Shown here: positions 40,066-48,335 of the stretch, in pieces
How positions within the stretch are numbered: position 1 is the first letter of the stretch
Layout: each line of letters starts with the position of its first letter
Assembly: GCA_944391975.1 (NCBI GenBank)
Contig: CALXVK010000003.1
Span: forward strand, 1 to 51,148
Direction: 5' to 3'
Source of the DNA: an uncultured Clostridia bacterium
Lineage (GTDB): Bacteria; Bacillota; Clostridia; TANB77; CAG-508
Length of the DNA: 51,148 nt
Notes under the pieces: model-generated
The model's database searches: none
Told to the model about the DNA's origin: nothing
Seen by the model: only the letters and a program-made list of their open reading frames with translations
Translations under genes and position numbers: made by a program

Positions 40066-40671
40066 TTATACAATTTTAACTTCATTTCCTTCCAATCTAC
40101 AGACTGGACATTTTTCTATTTTTTCTTCTATTTCTTTAACCTGATTTGCAATCCTAATTTGAGTTGCATCAATATAGTTCGCTGTTATTAAAGCTTTTGT
40201 ATTTCCATTTGCTCCTGCATGAGCTAAGCCTCTTAAAGCTCCTATTATTGCAATATTTCCGCCCGCTATAACTTCTCCTCCAGCATTAACATCTCCCATA
40301 ATAACTATACTGCCTGAATATTCTTCTACCTGTCCTGAACGAACAGATCCTTTTATATACTTAGTTTCAGATACCTCTGTTTCTGTTTGAAATGTCTTTT
40401 TTATTGCATGTAATCCAAGAAGATCAGAAGGTTGATCAAAATGAATTTCTACCTCAATTTCATCATTTATTATTTTCCTTATTCTTTCACATTCAGATTC
40501 CGTAAATAATTTACCAGTAATTCTAATTGGAATTTTTGCTGTTTGATAAAATTCCTTTAATTTAGCAACTTTTTCTTCCAATTCATCACAAAGAATATCT
40601 ACATCAGCAACAACATTCATTGTCAAAATTATCTCATTTGTATTTTGAGTAATTTTAATATTATTAAGCAT
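40066..40671 (-). CDS. minC: Septum site-determining protein MinC
   Basis: SVRSGQ, GDVNAGGEVIAGGNI and LRGLAHAG motifs. ATG 40671 follows AGGAGG. Confidence 0.93.
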   Translation of the reverse strand: MLNNIKITQNTNEIILTMNVVADVDILCDELEEKVAKLKEFYQTAKIPIRITGKLFTESECERIRKIINDEIEVEIHFDQPSDLLGLHAIKKTFQTETEVSETKYIKGSVRSGQVEEYSGSIVIMGDVNAGGEVIAGGNIAIIGALRGLAHAGANGNTKALITANYIDATQIRIANQVKEIEEKIEKCPVCRLEGNEVKIV

Positions 40672-40713
40672 TTTTAACCTCCTTATCTTGAATAGCTTGC
40701 TATTCAAAAAACT

Positions 40714-42867
40714 TTAATTCATCCTTTCTTGTTCAGACTGAACAGACATATCTTCTGTAACAGCTGCTGTATTTGTTCCAAAATATTCTTGAACAATTGC
40801 TTTTACAACTTCAGCTGTGTAATATCCATGTCCACCATTTTCAACAACAACTACAACTGCAATTTGTGGATTATCATATGGTGCAAATCCAACAAACCAT
40901 GCATTTACATCTCCTCCGTCTCCACTTGATGTTTCAGCAGAACCTGTTTTTCCTCCTATCTCAATACCAAAATCACGAAATACAGAATATGCTGTTCCAC
41001 CTTCTTCAGCAACTGATTTCATCGCTTCTTTAACTACTTGAATATTTTCACTATTAATCGTTAAATCTGGAGATGTATCATCCTCTAATCCTAATTCAAT
41101 TTTTACATAATTATTTAACTCATCTGTTGATACAGTTGAACCATTTGAATTCATTACATTTTTTATAATTGTTAAATCAATTTTATTTCCACCATTTGCA
41201 ATCATTGCAATATATTTTGCCATTTGAATTGGAGTAAAAGCATTATCACTTTGTCCGATTGCAGCTCTAATTGTATCACCAGCAGTCCATCCATCTCCTC
41301 CTGAAGCAAGTGAACCAGAAGACTCACTTAAAAGCTCAACTCCTGTCTTTTGACCTAATCCAAAATATTTTGCATAATTTGCTAAATTTTCTATTCCCAT
41401 TCTTCTAGCAGTCTCATAAAAGAAAAAGTTACATGATTTCTGAATAGCACCTGAAACATTTAAATATCCATGTCCAACATGATAACTATCATAATACCAA
41501 CAATTTGCATAAGGTCTTCCAACTGCTGTATACACTCCTGTATCATTAATTCTTTCATCTGCTGTAATTGCCCCGATTTCTAATCCAGCAATGGCTGTTA
41601 CCATTTTAAAAGTAGATCCTGGAGCATAATTTCCTTGAATAGCTTTATTAAAAAATGCATTTTGTTCTGTATAACTATTATATTGTGCTATTTGTTCAGA
41701 TGTTGAAATTCCATCATACATAAATTGTGGAGAATAATCAGGATTACTTGCCATTGCTAAAATCTCACCAGTATTTACATTAACAACAACTGCAGCTCCA
41801 CCTTTAGCTTCATAAACTGAACCATAATATCCATTTCTTATATTAGAAATACATTGTGCTAAAGAACTTTCTAATACTGATTGAAGATTTGCATCAATTG
41901 TTAAAATAACATCAGAACCACCTATTGCCTCTTGAGTAACATATTCTCCTGTTATAGTACCATTTACATCCATATCTATTTGTTTTATGCCATCTGTTCC
42001 TCTTAAGTATTTTTCAAAAACTCTTTCTATTCCAGTTTTTCCAACTTTATCATCAGAAGCATATTCATAAGTATCTCCTTGAGATTCTAACCTTTCTTCA
42101 TCACTTTCAGAAATTCTACCCATATAACCTAAAATATGAGATGCTAAACTTCCCATATAATAAATTCTTTTAGAATCTGTAACAACATTAAATCCTGTTA
42201 GATCCAAACTATTCTCTTGAATTTGAACAGCGCTTTCTCTAGAAATGCTATCTGATATTGGAAGTGACCTTGTTGCTGAATATCCAACTGTTGTTATTTC
42301 ATATCTAATTGCTAGAATTCTTCTAATTTCATATATATCATCACTATTTATCTCATATTTATCTCTAAAAATATAAAATGCTTCTTCTGCAGATGCTTCT
42401 AAAGGAATATCATTTTCTTCTTTCCATTCAGTCAATTCTTCCTCAGAAGAAAAATTATATTCAAAAGGTTCTATACTTATTGGAAAATTATCAACATATG
42501 AATCTCCATTAGTCTCTAGAATCTGCGTCATTAAAGAAATAGATGAATTTAAGCTTTCATCATCAGATTTACTTTTGTACATTTCTAAAGAAAAAGTCAT
42601 TTCTGATGATACCAAAACAGTTCCATTCCTGTCTAATATATTACCTCTTGTTGCCTCAATTGTAGTTTCTCGAGATATTCTTGTATTTGAAGTTTCCCTA
42701 TATGTTTCTCCATTTATTATTTGAAGAAAAAATAGTCTAACAAGAATCACTATTCCTAAGGCATATACCAAAACTGACAATATATTAAACCTAATATTTG
42801 TATCAATTCTTTTGACTTGCTGTTTATGTTGTTTTACCTTATTTAATTTAGATTTTTTAATAGTCAT
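40714..42867 (-). CDS. mrdA: Penicillin-binding protein 2
   Basis: RGNILDRNG; SxxK (STFK), SCN and KTG motifs; located in the mre operon. Confidence 0.92.
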   Translation of the reverse strand: MTIKKSKLNKVKQHKQQVKRIDTNIRFNILSVLVYALGIVILVRLFFLQIINGETYRETSNTRISRETTIEATRGNILDRNGTVLVSSEMTFSLEMYKSKSDDESLNSSISLMTQILETNGDSYVDNFPISIEPFEYNFSSEEELTEWKEENDIPLEASAEEAFYIFRDKYEINSDDIYEIRRILAIRYEITTVGYSATRSLPISDSISRESAVQIQENSLDLTGFNVVTDSKRIYYMGSLASHILGYMGRISESDEERLESQGDTYEYASDDKVGKTGIERVFEKYLRGTDGIKQIDMDVNGTITGEYVTQEAIGGSDVILTIDANLQSVLESSLAQCISNIRNGYYGSVYEAKGGAAVVVNVNTGEILAMASNPDYSPQFMYDGISTSEQIAQYNSYTEQNAFFNKAIQGNYAPGSTFKMVTAIAGLEIGAITADERINDTGVYTAVGRPYANCWYYDSYHVGHGYLNVSGAIQKSCNFFFYETARRMGIENLANYAKYFGLGQKTGVELLSESSGSLASGGDGWTAGDTIRAAIGQSDNAFTPIQMAKYIAMIANGGNKIDLTIIKNVMNSNGSTVSTDELNNYVKIELGLEDDTSPDLTINSENIQVVKEAMKSVAEEGGTAYSVFRDFGIEIGGKTGSAETSSGDGGDVNAWFVGFAPYDNPQIAVVVVVENGGHGYYTAEVVKAIVQEYFGTNTAAVTEDMSVQSEQERMN

Positions 42868-42910
42868 ATTTTTTTTCAGTTTTTATCATCCCTTCTTATT
42901 TTAAGGTGTA

Positions 42911-43486
42911 TTATAATTCAACTGTATACATATTACTTCTTTTTAATTTTCTTTCCATACTATATCCAAGTTTTTTTATCAATCCAAAGAAAATAATAGT
43001 TAATAAAACATTATATAGTTCTTCAATAGCCAAAATCTTAAAAAATGCTAATAGTTCCATTTCAAAATCAAATATAACTGATCTTAAAAAGTAGCTTCCA
43101 AATTCAAAAATAAAAGTCGCTATAATAACCATTATTACTATAGAAATTTTTTCATCTTTTGACCATAAAGAATCAAACCATGTTGCCATAAATCCAATCA
43201 AACAAAACATTGCTGGTGTGATTCCTATCACTTCACCATAAATAGAATCTATCCATATACCACAAATCACACTAAATAATAGACTCAAGGTATTATTACC
43301 AAATAAACCTATTATTAAAATAAAAATCACAAATAAATTTGGCTTTACACCGTCAATTGTTATATTTGAAAAAACACAAGCTTGTAAAAAATATATAAGT
43401 ATAAAAACAAAAATTAATATAATTGAAACAATTAAATTAGAAGCTACACTTACTTTTTGTTTTCTAATATTTCCTACTTTTCTCAA
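42911..43486 (-). CDS. mreD: Rod shape-determining protein MreD
   Basis: Hydrophobic protein with GVKPNL motif, between mreC and mrdA. Confidence 0.88.
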   Translation of the reverse strand: MRKVGNIRKQKVSVASNLIVSIILIFVFILIYFLQACVFSNITIDGVKPNLFVIFILIIGLFGNNTLSLLFSVICGIWIDSIYGEVIGITPAMFCLIGFMATWFDSLWSKDEKISIVIMVIIATFIFEFGSYFLRSVIFDFEMELLAFFKILAIEELYNVLLTIIFFGLIKKLGYSMERKLKRSNMYTVEL

Positions 43487-43506
43487 AATTCATGACCTCC
43501 AAGTTT

Positions 43507-44325
43507 TTATTGATTAGTTATAACTAAAACAGTTGTAAGCTTTGAGAAATCAACCGCAACATCTACTATTGCATATCTATCTGTATCATTTGTAGTTGTA
43601 ACTATTTCAGATATAGTTCCAATATGAATTCCTCTTTCATAAAGCCCGCCTACTCCAGATGTTTCAACACTATCGCCAACTATTAAATCAGCATCTGTTG
43701 GAATATATGTAACTCTCATTTGTTGATTATTATCAAGAGTTCCTTTACAAATAACACTATCAGATGTTGTACTGATATTACAACTTACCGTACTACCTGC
43801 ATCAATTATTACTTTTACTTGAGCTGTATCTTCTGTTACAGAAGTAATTTGTCCTACTAAACCTTTATCAGCAATTACTGTCATACCTTTTTCAATTCCA
43901 TCATTGCTTCCAACGTTTATTATTAAAGTACTACTATAGTTACTAATATCCTTATTAATAACATCTGCAGGAACTGTTGAATATTCAGAATACTTTTCTG
44001 TTAAATTCATTTTTTCTATCAAACTCTCATTTTCAGCTTTTAAAATATCATATTCTATTAACTGTTCCTGAAGCTTACTATTTTCTTTTTTTAACTCTTC
44101 ATTTTCTGATTTTAATTCATCCATTTGAGCAAAATATTCATCATTTCCAGTTATTTTATTTTTTAAATTAGTAAATAAAGTTTGAACAGGAGCCGTTATT
44201 TTAGTTGTAAGGCTTTTTATATAAGACATTTCACTTGTATCAACATTAGTAAGTAATATTAATAATATTAAAATAACTATTGTTACAATTGTTCCTAAAA
44301 GACCAATATGTCTATTTTCACCCAT
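43507..44325 (-). CDS. mreC: Rod shape-determining protein MreC
   Basis: TM, coiled coil, GLVGQI and TSGVGG motifs. Confidence 0.93.
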   Translation of the reverse strand: MGENRHIGLLGTIVTIVILILLILLTNVDTSEMSYIKSLTTKITAPVQTLFTNLKNKITGNDEYFAQMDELKSENEELKKENSKLQEQLIEYDILKAENESLIEKMNLTEKYSEYSTVPADVINKDISNYSSTLIINVGSNDGIEKGMTVIADKGLVGQITSVTEDTAQVKVIIDAGSTVSCNISTTSDSVICKGTLDNNQQMRVTYIPTDADLIVGDSVETSGVGGLYERGIHIGTISEIVTTTNDTDRYAIVDVAVDFSKLTTVLVITNQ

Positions 44326-44336
44326 TAATTATCCTC

Positions 44337-45371
44337 CTATTTTCTTCTACCATATGACATACTAACCACATTTTTTAGTTTATCAATATTTTCTAAAACA
44401 GCCATCGTTCCATTTGCAACACAATCAAGTGAATTTTCTGCAATATTTACATGTATGCCTGTTTTTTCTGAAATTAATTTATCTAAATTTTTAATAAGAG
44501 CTCCTCCACCAGCAAGCATTATTCCATTTACAACAATATCTGATGAAAGTTCTGGAGGAGTCAATTCTAAAGTTGATTTTACACCTTCAACAATTTTATT
44601 TATGGATTCGCGCATTGCATCTTGAACTTCGACTGAAGAAATTTCCTTTTTTACTGGTAAACCAGTTTTTAAATCTCTTCCTCTAATTGTCTTTTTTAAC
44701 TCAGTCATAAATGGCATTGCACAACCTATTTCCATCTTTACCTCTTCTGCTGTTACTTCACCAATTACCATGTTTAAAAATCTTTTAGCATAATTTATAA
44801 TATCTTCAGTCATCTCATCACCAGCAATTTTTATTGAATTACTTACAACAATACCACCAAGTGAAACAACTGCTATTTCTGTAGTTCCACCACCAATATC
44901 TACTATCATATTACCAGATGGTTCTTCTATTCTAAGACCAGAACCAATTGCAGCAGCCATTGGCTCTTCAATCAAATACACTTCTCTTACTCCACATGAA
45001 AGAGCAGCTTCTTGAACAGCGCGTTCTTCAACTTCAGTAATTCCTGCAGGAACACCTATTACAACTCTAGGTTTTATTATTTTTAAATTTTTAGTTACTT
45101 TATTTATAATAGAACTTAGCATTAACTTAGTTGCTGTAAAATCTGCTATAACACCATCTTTTAATGGTCTAATTGCTAAAATACTTTCTGGAGTCCTTCC
45201 TAACATTTCTTTTGCCTCTTGTCCAAATGCAACAACATCTTCAGTATCTTTTTTTATTGCAACAACAGAAGGCTCTCTAAATACTATTCCTTTATTATTC
45301 ATAGAAACTAAAATATTTGCTGTTCCTAAATCTATTCCTAAATCTCTATTATTAAGGTTTAATAATTTCAT
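44337..45371 (-). CDS. mreB: Rod shape-determining protein MreB
   Basis: IDLGTAN, EPSVVA, DIGGGTTE and GGGAL motifs. Confidence 0.97.
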   Translation of the reverse strand: MKLLNLNNRDLGIDLGTANILVSMNNKGIVFREPSVVAIKKDTEDVVAFGQEAKEMLGRTPESILAIRPLKDGVIADFTATKLMLSSIINKVTKNLKIIKPRVVIGVPAGITEVEERAVQEAALSCGVREVYLIEEPMAAAIGSGLRIEEPSGNMIVDIGGGTTEIAVVSLGGIVVSNSIKIAGDEMTEDIINYAKRFLNMVIGEVTAEEVKMEIGCAMPFMTELKKTIRGRDLKTGLPVKKEISSVEVQDAMRESINKIVEGVKSTLELTPPELSSDIVVNGIMLAGGGALIKNLDKLISEKTGIHVNIAENSLDCVANGTMAVLENIDKLKNVVSMSYGRRK

Positions 45372-45434
45372 TTATGCATCAATCCTTTACTGCCTAGCTT
45401 ATCAAGCCTTTTTTACAACTATCAAAGCCGTATT

Positions 45435-45693
45435 TTATATTTTTCTATATATAAATATAGCTATAGCCATTCCAATTATACTAGCTATACTAATCTTAAA
45501 TGTCAATCCAAATGTAATTGATAAAATATTTAAATTTAACGATAATGGAGAAGAAAGTCCAAATTCTTGTCCATATCCTAGCCACCAAAGCCAACTAACT
45601 GAGCCGAGCAAGTTCTCCTAAGAGTCCTCCAATAACTAACCCTGATAAAATAAAAATTATTAAAATCCATATACTTTTGTCTTTTGTTGCCAT
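45435..45693 (-). CDS. DUF4321-like membrane protein (85 aa), broken at CGG 45606-45604
   Basis: Absent from the ORF track. RBS GGAGG; MATKDKSIWILIIFILSGLVIGGLLGELA, then after skipping C45606 GSVSWLWWLGYGQEFGLSSPLSLNLNILSITFGLTFKISIASIIGMAIAIFIYRKI*. Upstream of mreB, its usual position. Confidence 0.8.
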
Positions 45694-45923
45694 ATCAATT
45701 ATTCCTCCAAATCATTATTTCCCTAAAAAATTTTTAGTACTTAGTTATTATATATTGATACATTTAATTTTTCAACCCTAAATTTATTAATTTTTCAAAA
45801 AAATATTATTAGTTTTATTTGAAAGAAAATACGAATTTTTCTATACTTTTCTTAATTTTCCATTTACTTTATTTTTTTATATTATATAATAAAATTATAA
45901 ATATTATATAAGAGGATTCTTAA

Positions 45924-46142
45924 ATGGTTATTAATAATTTTAAAAAAACAAAAATAAAAATATTGTTAGATACAGAGGATTTAAAAAATTGCAATATTTC
46001 TTTAGATCAATGGATACAATCACCTAAAAATAACTTAAAAAAATTATTTCATAATTTTCCTGAATACAAAGAATCAACTCCAAAAGAAATACATATATAT
46101 TCATACAAATTTATTTTATTTTATATTTTTATAGAATATTAA
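45924..46142 (+). CDS. Hypothetical protein (weak resemblance to MecA N-terminus)
   Basis: RBS GAGGA; KIKILLDTEDL; followed by a terminator. Confidence 0.5.
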   Translation: MVINNFKKTKIKILLDTEDLKNCNISLDQWIQSPKNNLKKLFHNFPEYKESTPKEIHIYSYKFILFYIFIEY

Positions 46143-46171
46143 AACTTGCAAAATATTTTTTGCAAGTTTTA
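46140..46171. terminator. Bidirectional terminator
   Basis: AAAACTTGCAAAA-TATT-TTTTGCAAGTTTT. Confidence 0.75.
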
Positions 46172-46193
46172 AAACAAAATTTTATATATATTA

Positions 46194-47207
46194 TTAATAT
46201 GCAAAATAATTTCTTGGATTATATGCTACACCGTTTACTCTCACTTCTAAGTGTAAATGAGGTCCAGTTGAATTTCCTGTACTTCCTACTGCTGCTATTA
46301 TATCTCCTTGATTAACTGTTTCTCCAACACTTTTATACAATGCATTGCAATGTGCATAATATGTCATAACACCATTTCCATGATCAATTGTAATTAATTT
46401 TCCAAAAGAACCTTTTGTTCCAGAAAAAGTTACTGTTCCAGCAGCTGCTGCTGCAATTGGAGTACCTGTTGAGGCAGCAATATCCAGCCCTGTATGGACA
46501 CTAGATCTTATACTACTTACTGAACCAAATCTTGATGTTACAGTACCTGAGATAGGGTTTCTAAAATTAATTCCCACATCCACATAATTATAATTAACAT
46601 TTATTGATGTAACAACACTGCCTAATCTAGTTGAATTTGAAACTTGAGGTATAGTAACCTCTGGTTTTTTTTCAACATATAACGAAGCAACTACTGTATC
46701 TGTATCTGTAAATTCCTTAAGATCTGTCTCATATTTTACCACATAAGAAATACTATCTTTATTTTCACTATCTTTATCTTTTAACTGTTGTATAATACTC
46801 TCACATTCTTGATATGATGATACATAATATTTTTCTTCTGAATCTACCAAAATAGCATAATATTTATAATATGTAATTCCAGTTTCAATTACTTCATTAA
46901 AAATTTTATCATCTTCTGTTTCAAGATCTTTTTTTACTAAACAAAATGAATAATCTGGAAGCACTTCAATATCAACAAAAGCAACATGGTCAGAATCACC
47001 ACTTTTCATATATTCATTAATTTTATCTTGCAATTCACTTTTATCATTAGAATATCCTAAAAATTTTCCTGAAATTGTAACCGCATAAACTGGTTTATAT
47101 ACTGAAAACACAATAAAAAATATTATTCCTAATCCAATAGCCAATATAATTAAAAATTTAATCCACGTTCTAAAATGGATAACTAAATTTTTAAATACAC
47201 TAACCAT
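46194..47207 (-). CDS. M23 family metallopeptidase
   Basis: HTGLD, YAH and GSTGNSTGPHLHLE motifs; N-terminal TM. Confidence 0.93.
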   Translation of the reverse strand: MVSVFKNLVIHFRTWIKFLIILAIGLGIIFFIVFSVYKPVYAVTISGKFLGYSNDKSELQDKINEYMKSGDSDHVAFVDIEVLPDYSFCLVKKDLETEDDKIFNEVIETGITYYKYYAILVDSEEKYYVSSYQECESIIQQLKDKDSENKDSISYVVKYETDLKEFTDTDTVVASLYVEKKPEVTIPQVSNSTRLGSVVTSINVNYNYVDVGINFRNPISGTVTSRFGSVSSIRSSVHTGLDIAASTGTPIAAAAAGTVTFSGTKGSFGKLITIDHGNGVMTYYAHCNALYKSVGETVNQGDIIAAVGSTGNSTGPHLHLEVRVNGVAYNPRNYFAY

Positions 47208-47439
47208 TTTTTCACCTCTTCCTTAAATATTTAATCCCCTAGTATATTAATCACATGTATTCTATAATATTTTTTTATATGTAATCAATTTGTAAAATTT
47301 TAGCAAAAAAGTCATTTTTTACGATAAATTCTAACTTATCTTCTTTTTTCATGTATTTATCTCATTTTTTTAAATTTTGAATAATTATTTTTTTTAGGTA
47401 AATAATATTTATAAAATAAATATTTTTTGGAGGTTTATT

Positions 47440-47628
47440 ATGCCTAATTTAAATGAAGTAGAATTACAAAATTTAAAGCATTTTATAGAATATCAAAACA
47501 TTTGTTATGAAAAATTAAAAAACTACTCTGATTACGCCGTAGATCCGCAAATTAAGCAAGTATTTAATAAAGCTTCTCAAGAAGCACTTAATACATCTCA
47601 AAAACTAATATCTTTTTTAAACCCATAA
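47440..47628 (+). CDS. Small spore-coat-associated protein
   Basis: LNEVELQNLKH...DPQIKQVF; RBS GGAGG; paired with the CotF-like gene. Confidence 0.65.
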   Translation: MPNLNEVELQNLKHFIEYQNICYEKLKNYSDYAVDPQIKQVFNKASQEALNTSQKLISFLNP

Positions 47629-47658
47629 TACAATAGAAAGGAGTTAATTAATTTATCT

Positions 47659-47913
47659 ATGGAAGAAAAACATATGGTAAATGACATATTAGAAAGTTCA
47701 AAATATGAGATAAAAATATATTCTGATGCAATAGTTCAAACAGAAAATCCAGATTTAAGACAAACTTTTCAAAATATTCGTTCTAATCTTGAAAGTTTTG
47801 AATATGAACTATTTAAGTTAGCAACATCAAAAGGATATTATAATCCACCAAATCAAGTTAAACCCGAAAAAATAAATAAGATAAGAACTATGTTAAATAA
47901 TTTAACTGAATAA
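47659..47913 (+). CDS. Coat F domain spore coat protein
   Basis: NDILESSK...NPDLRQTF...LFKLATSKGYY. Confidence 0.75.
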   Translation: MEEKHMVNDILESSKYEIKIYSDAIVQTENPDLRQTFQNIRSNLESFEYELFKLATSKGYYNPPNQVKPEKINKIRTMLNNLTE

Positions 47914-47927
47914 TAATTTTTAATAAC

Positions 47928-48121
47928 AAAAAAACGTGACAAGCACGTTTTTTATTTTGGTGCGCCATAGAGGATTCGGCGAGCCGCGTCCTAAAAACAG
48001 TCCACCGGACTGTTTTTGCCTTCACTTTGTTCAGGCACGTCCTTTTCGAATCCAAATCGCTTACAAAATAAAAAAACATGACAAGCATGTTTTTTTATTT
48101 TGGTGCGCCATAGAGGATTCG
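47928..48121 (-). repeat. tRNA-linked repeat: duplicated tRNA 3' end plus terminator, 143-bp period
   Basis: TGGTGCGCCATAGAGGATTCG occurs at 47958-47978 and 48101-48121, each with its own terminator hairpin. Internal hairpin AAAAACAGTCC-ACC-GGACTGTTTTT. Confidence 0.85.
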
Positions 48122-48176
48122 AACCTCCGACCATTTGATTAAGAGTCAACTGCTCTACCAACTGAGCTAATGGCGC
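48101..48176 (-). tRNA. tRNA-Lys(CTT)
   Basis: 76-nt cloverleaf GCGCCAT...CT CTT AA...GGTTCGAATCC...ATGGCGCACCA with encoded CCA. Confidence 0.97.
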
Positions 48177-48199
48177 ATATTCAATTAGTTAACAAAAGT

Positions 48200-48227
48200 A
48201 TTATACCATTTTTTAAAAAATTGTCAA
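48200..48227 (-). promoter_or_regulatory. Sigma-A promoter of tRNA-Lys
   Basis: TTGACA, 16 bp spacer ending in TGG (extended -10), TATAAT. Confidence 0.8.
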
Positions 48228-48335
48228 CGGTTAAGCTGTAGTTTTTCTTTTAAAGATAGTATTTAAAAACAAAAAGCCTTTCATAAACAAATCTTGAAAG
48301 GCTTTAAAATTTTAATATTGTTCTTTATCTTTTCT

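Noticed and set aside
22390-42867. AGG or CGA as additional shift codons
   Set aside because: Both occur in frame inside uninterrupted ORFs (e.g. TAT AGG GAA in spoIIE and mrdA, TCT CGA GAA in mrdA).
11348-45693. Simple amino-acid reassignment of CGG (e.g. to Gln or Trp)
   Set aside because: Reassignment keeps the frame and cannot explain continuation of homology in the +1 frame.
47928-48121. CRISPR array
   Set aside because: There are only two copies, derived from the tRNA 3' end, and no cas genes.
47888-48142. ORFs 47888..48088 (-) and 47936..48142 (+)
   Set aside because: They overlap the tRNA and its GC-rich repeat and are spurious.
48101-48176. tRNA as a possible quadruplet or frameshift-suppressor decoder for CGGN
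   Set aside because: It has a normal 7-nt loop with a CTT (Lys) anticodon. Its only oddity is a G-A mismatch at the top of the anticodon stem.
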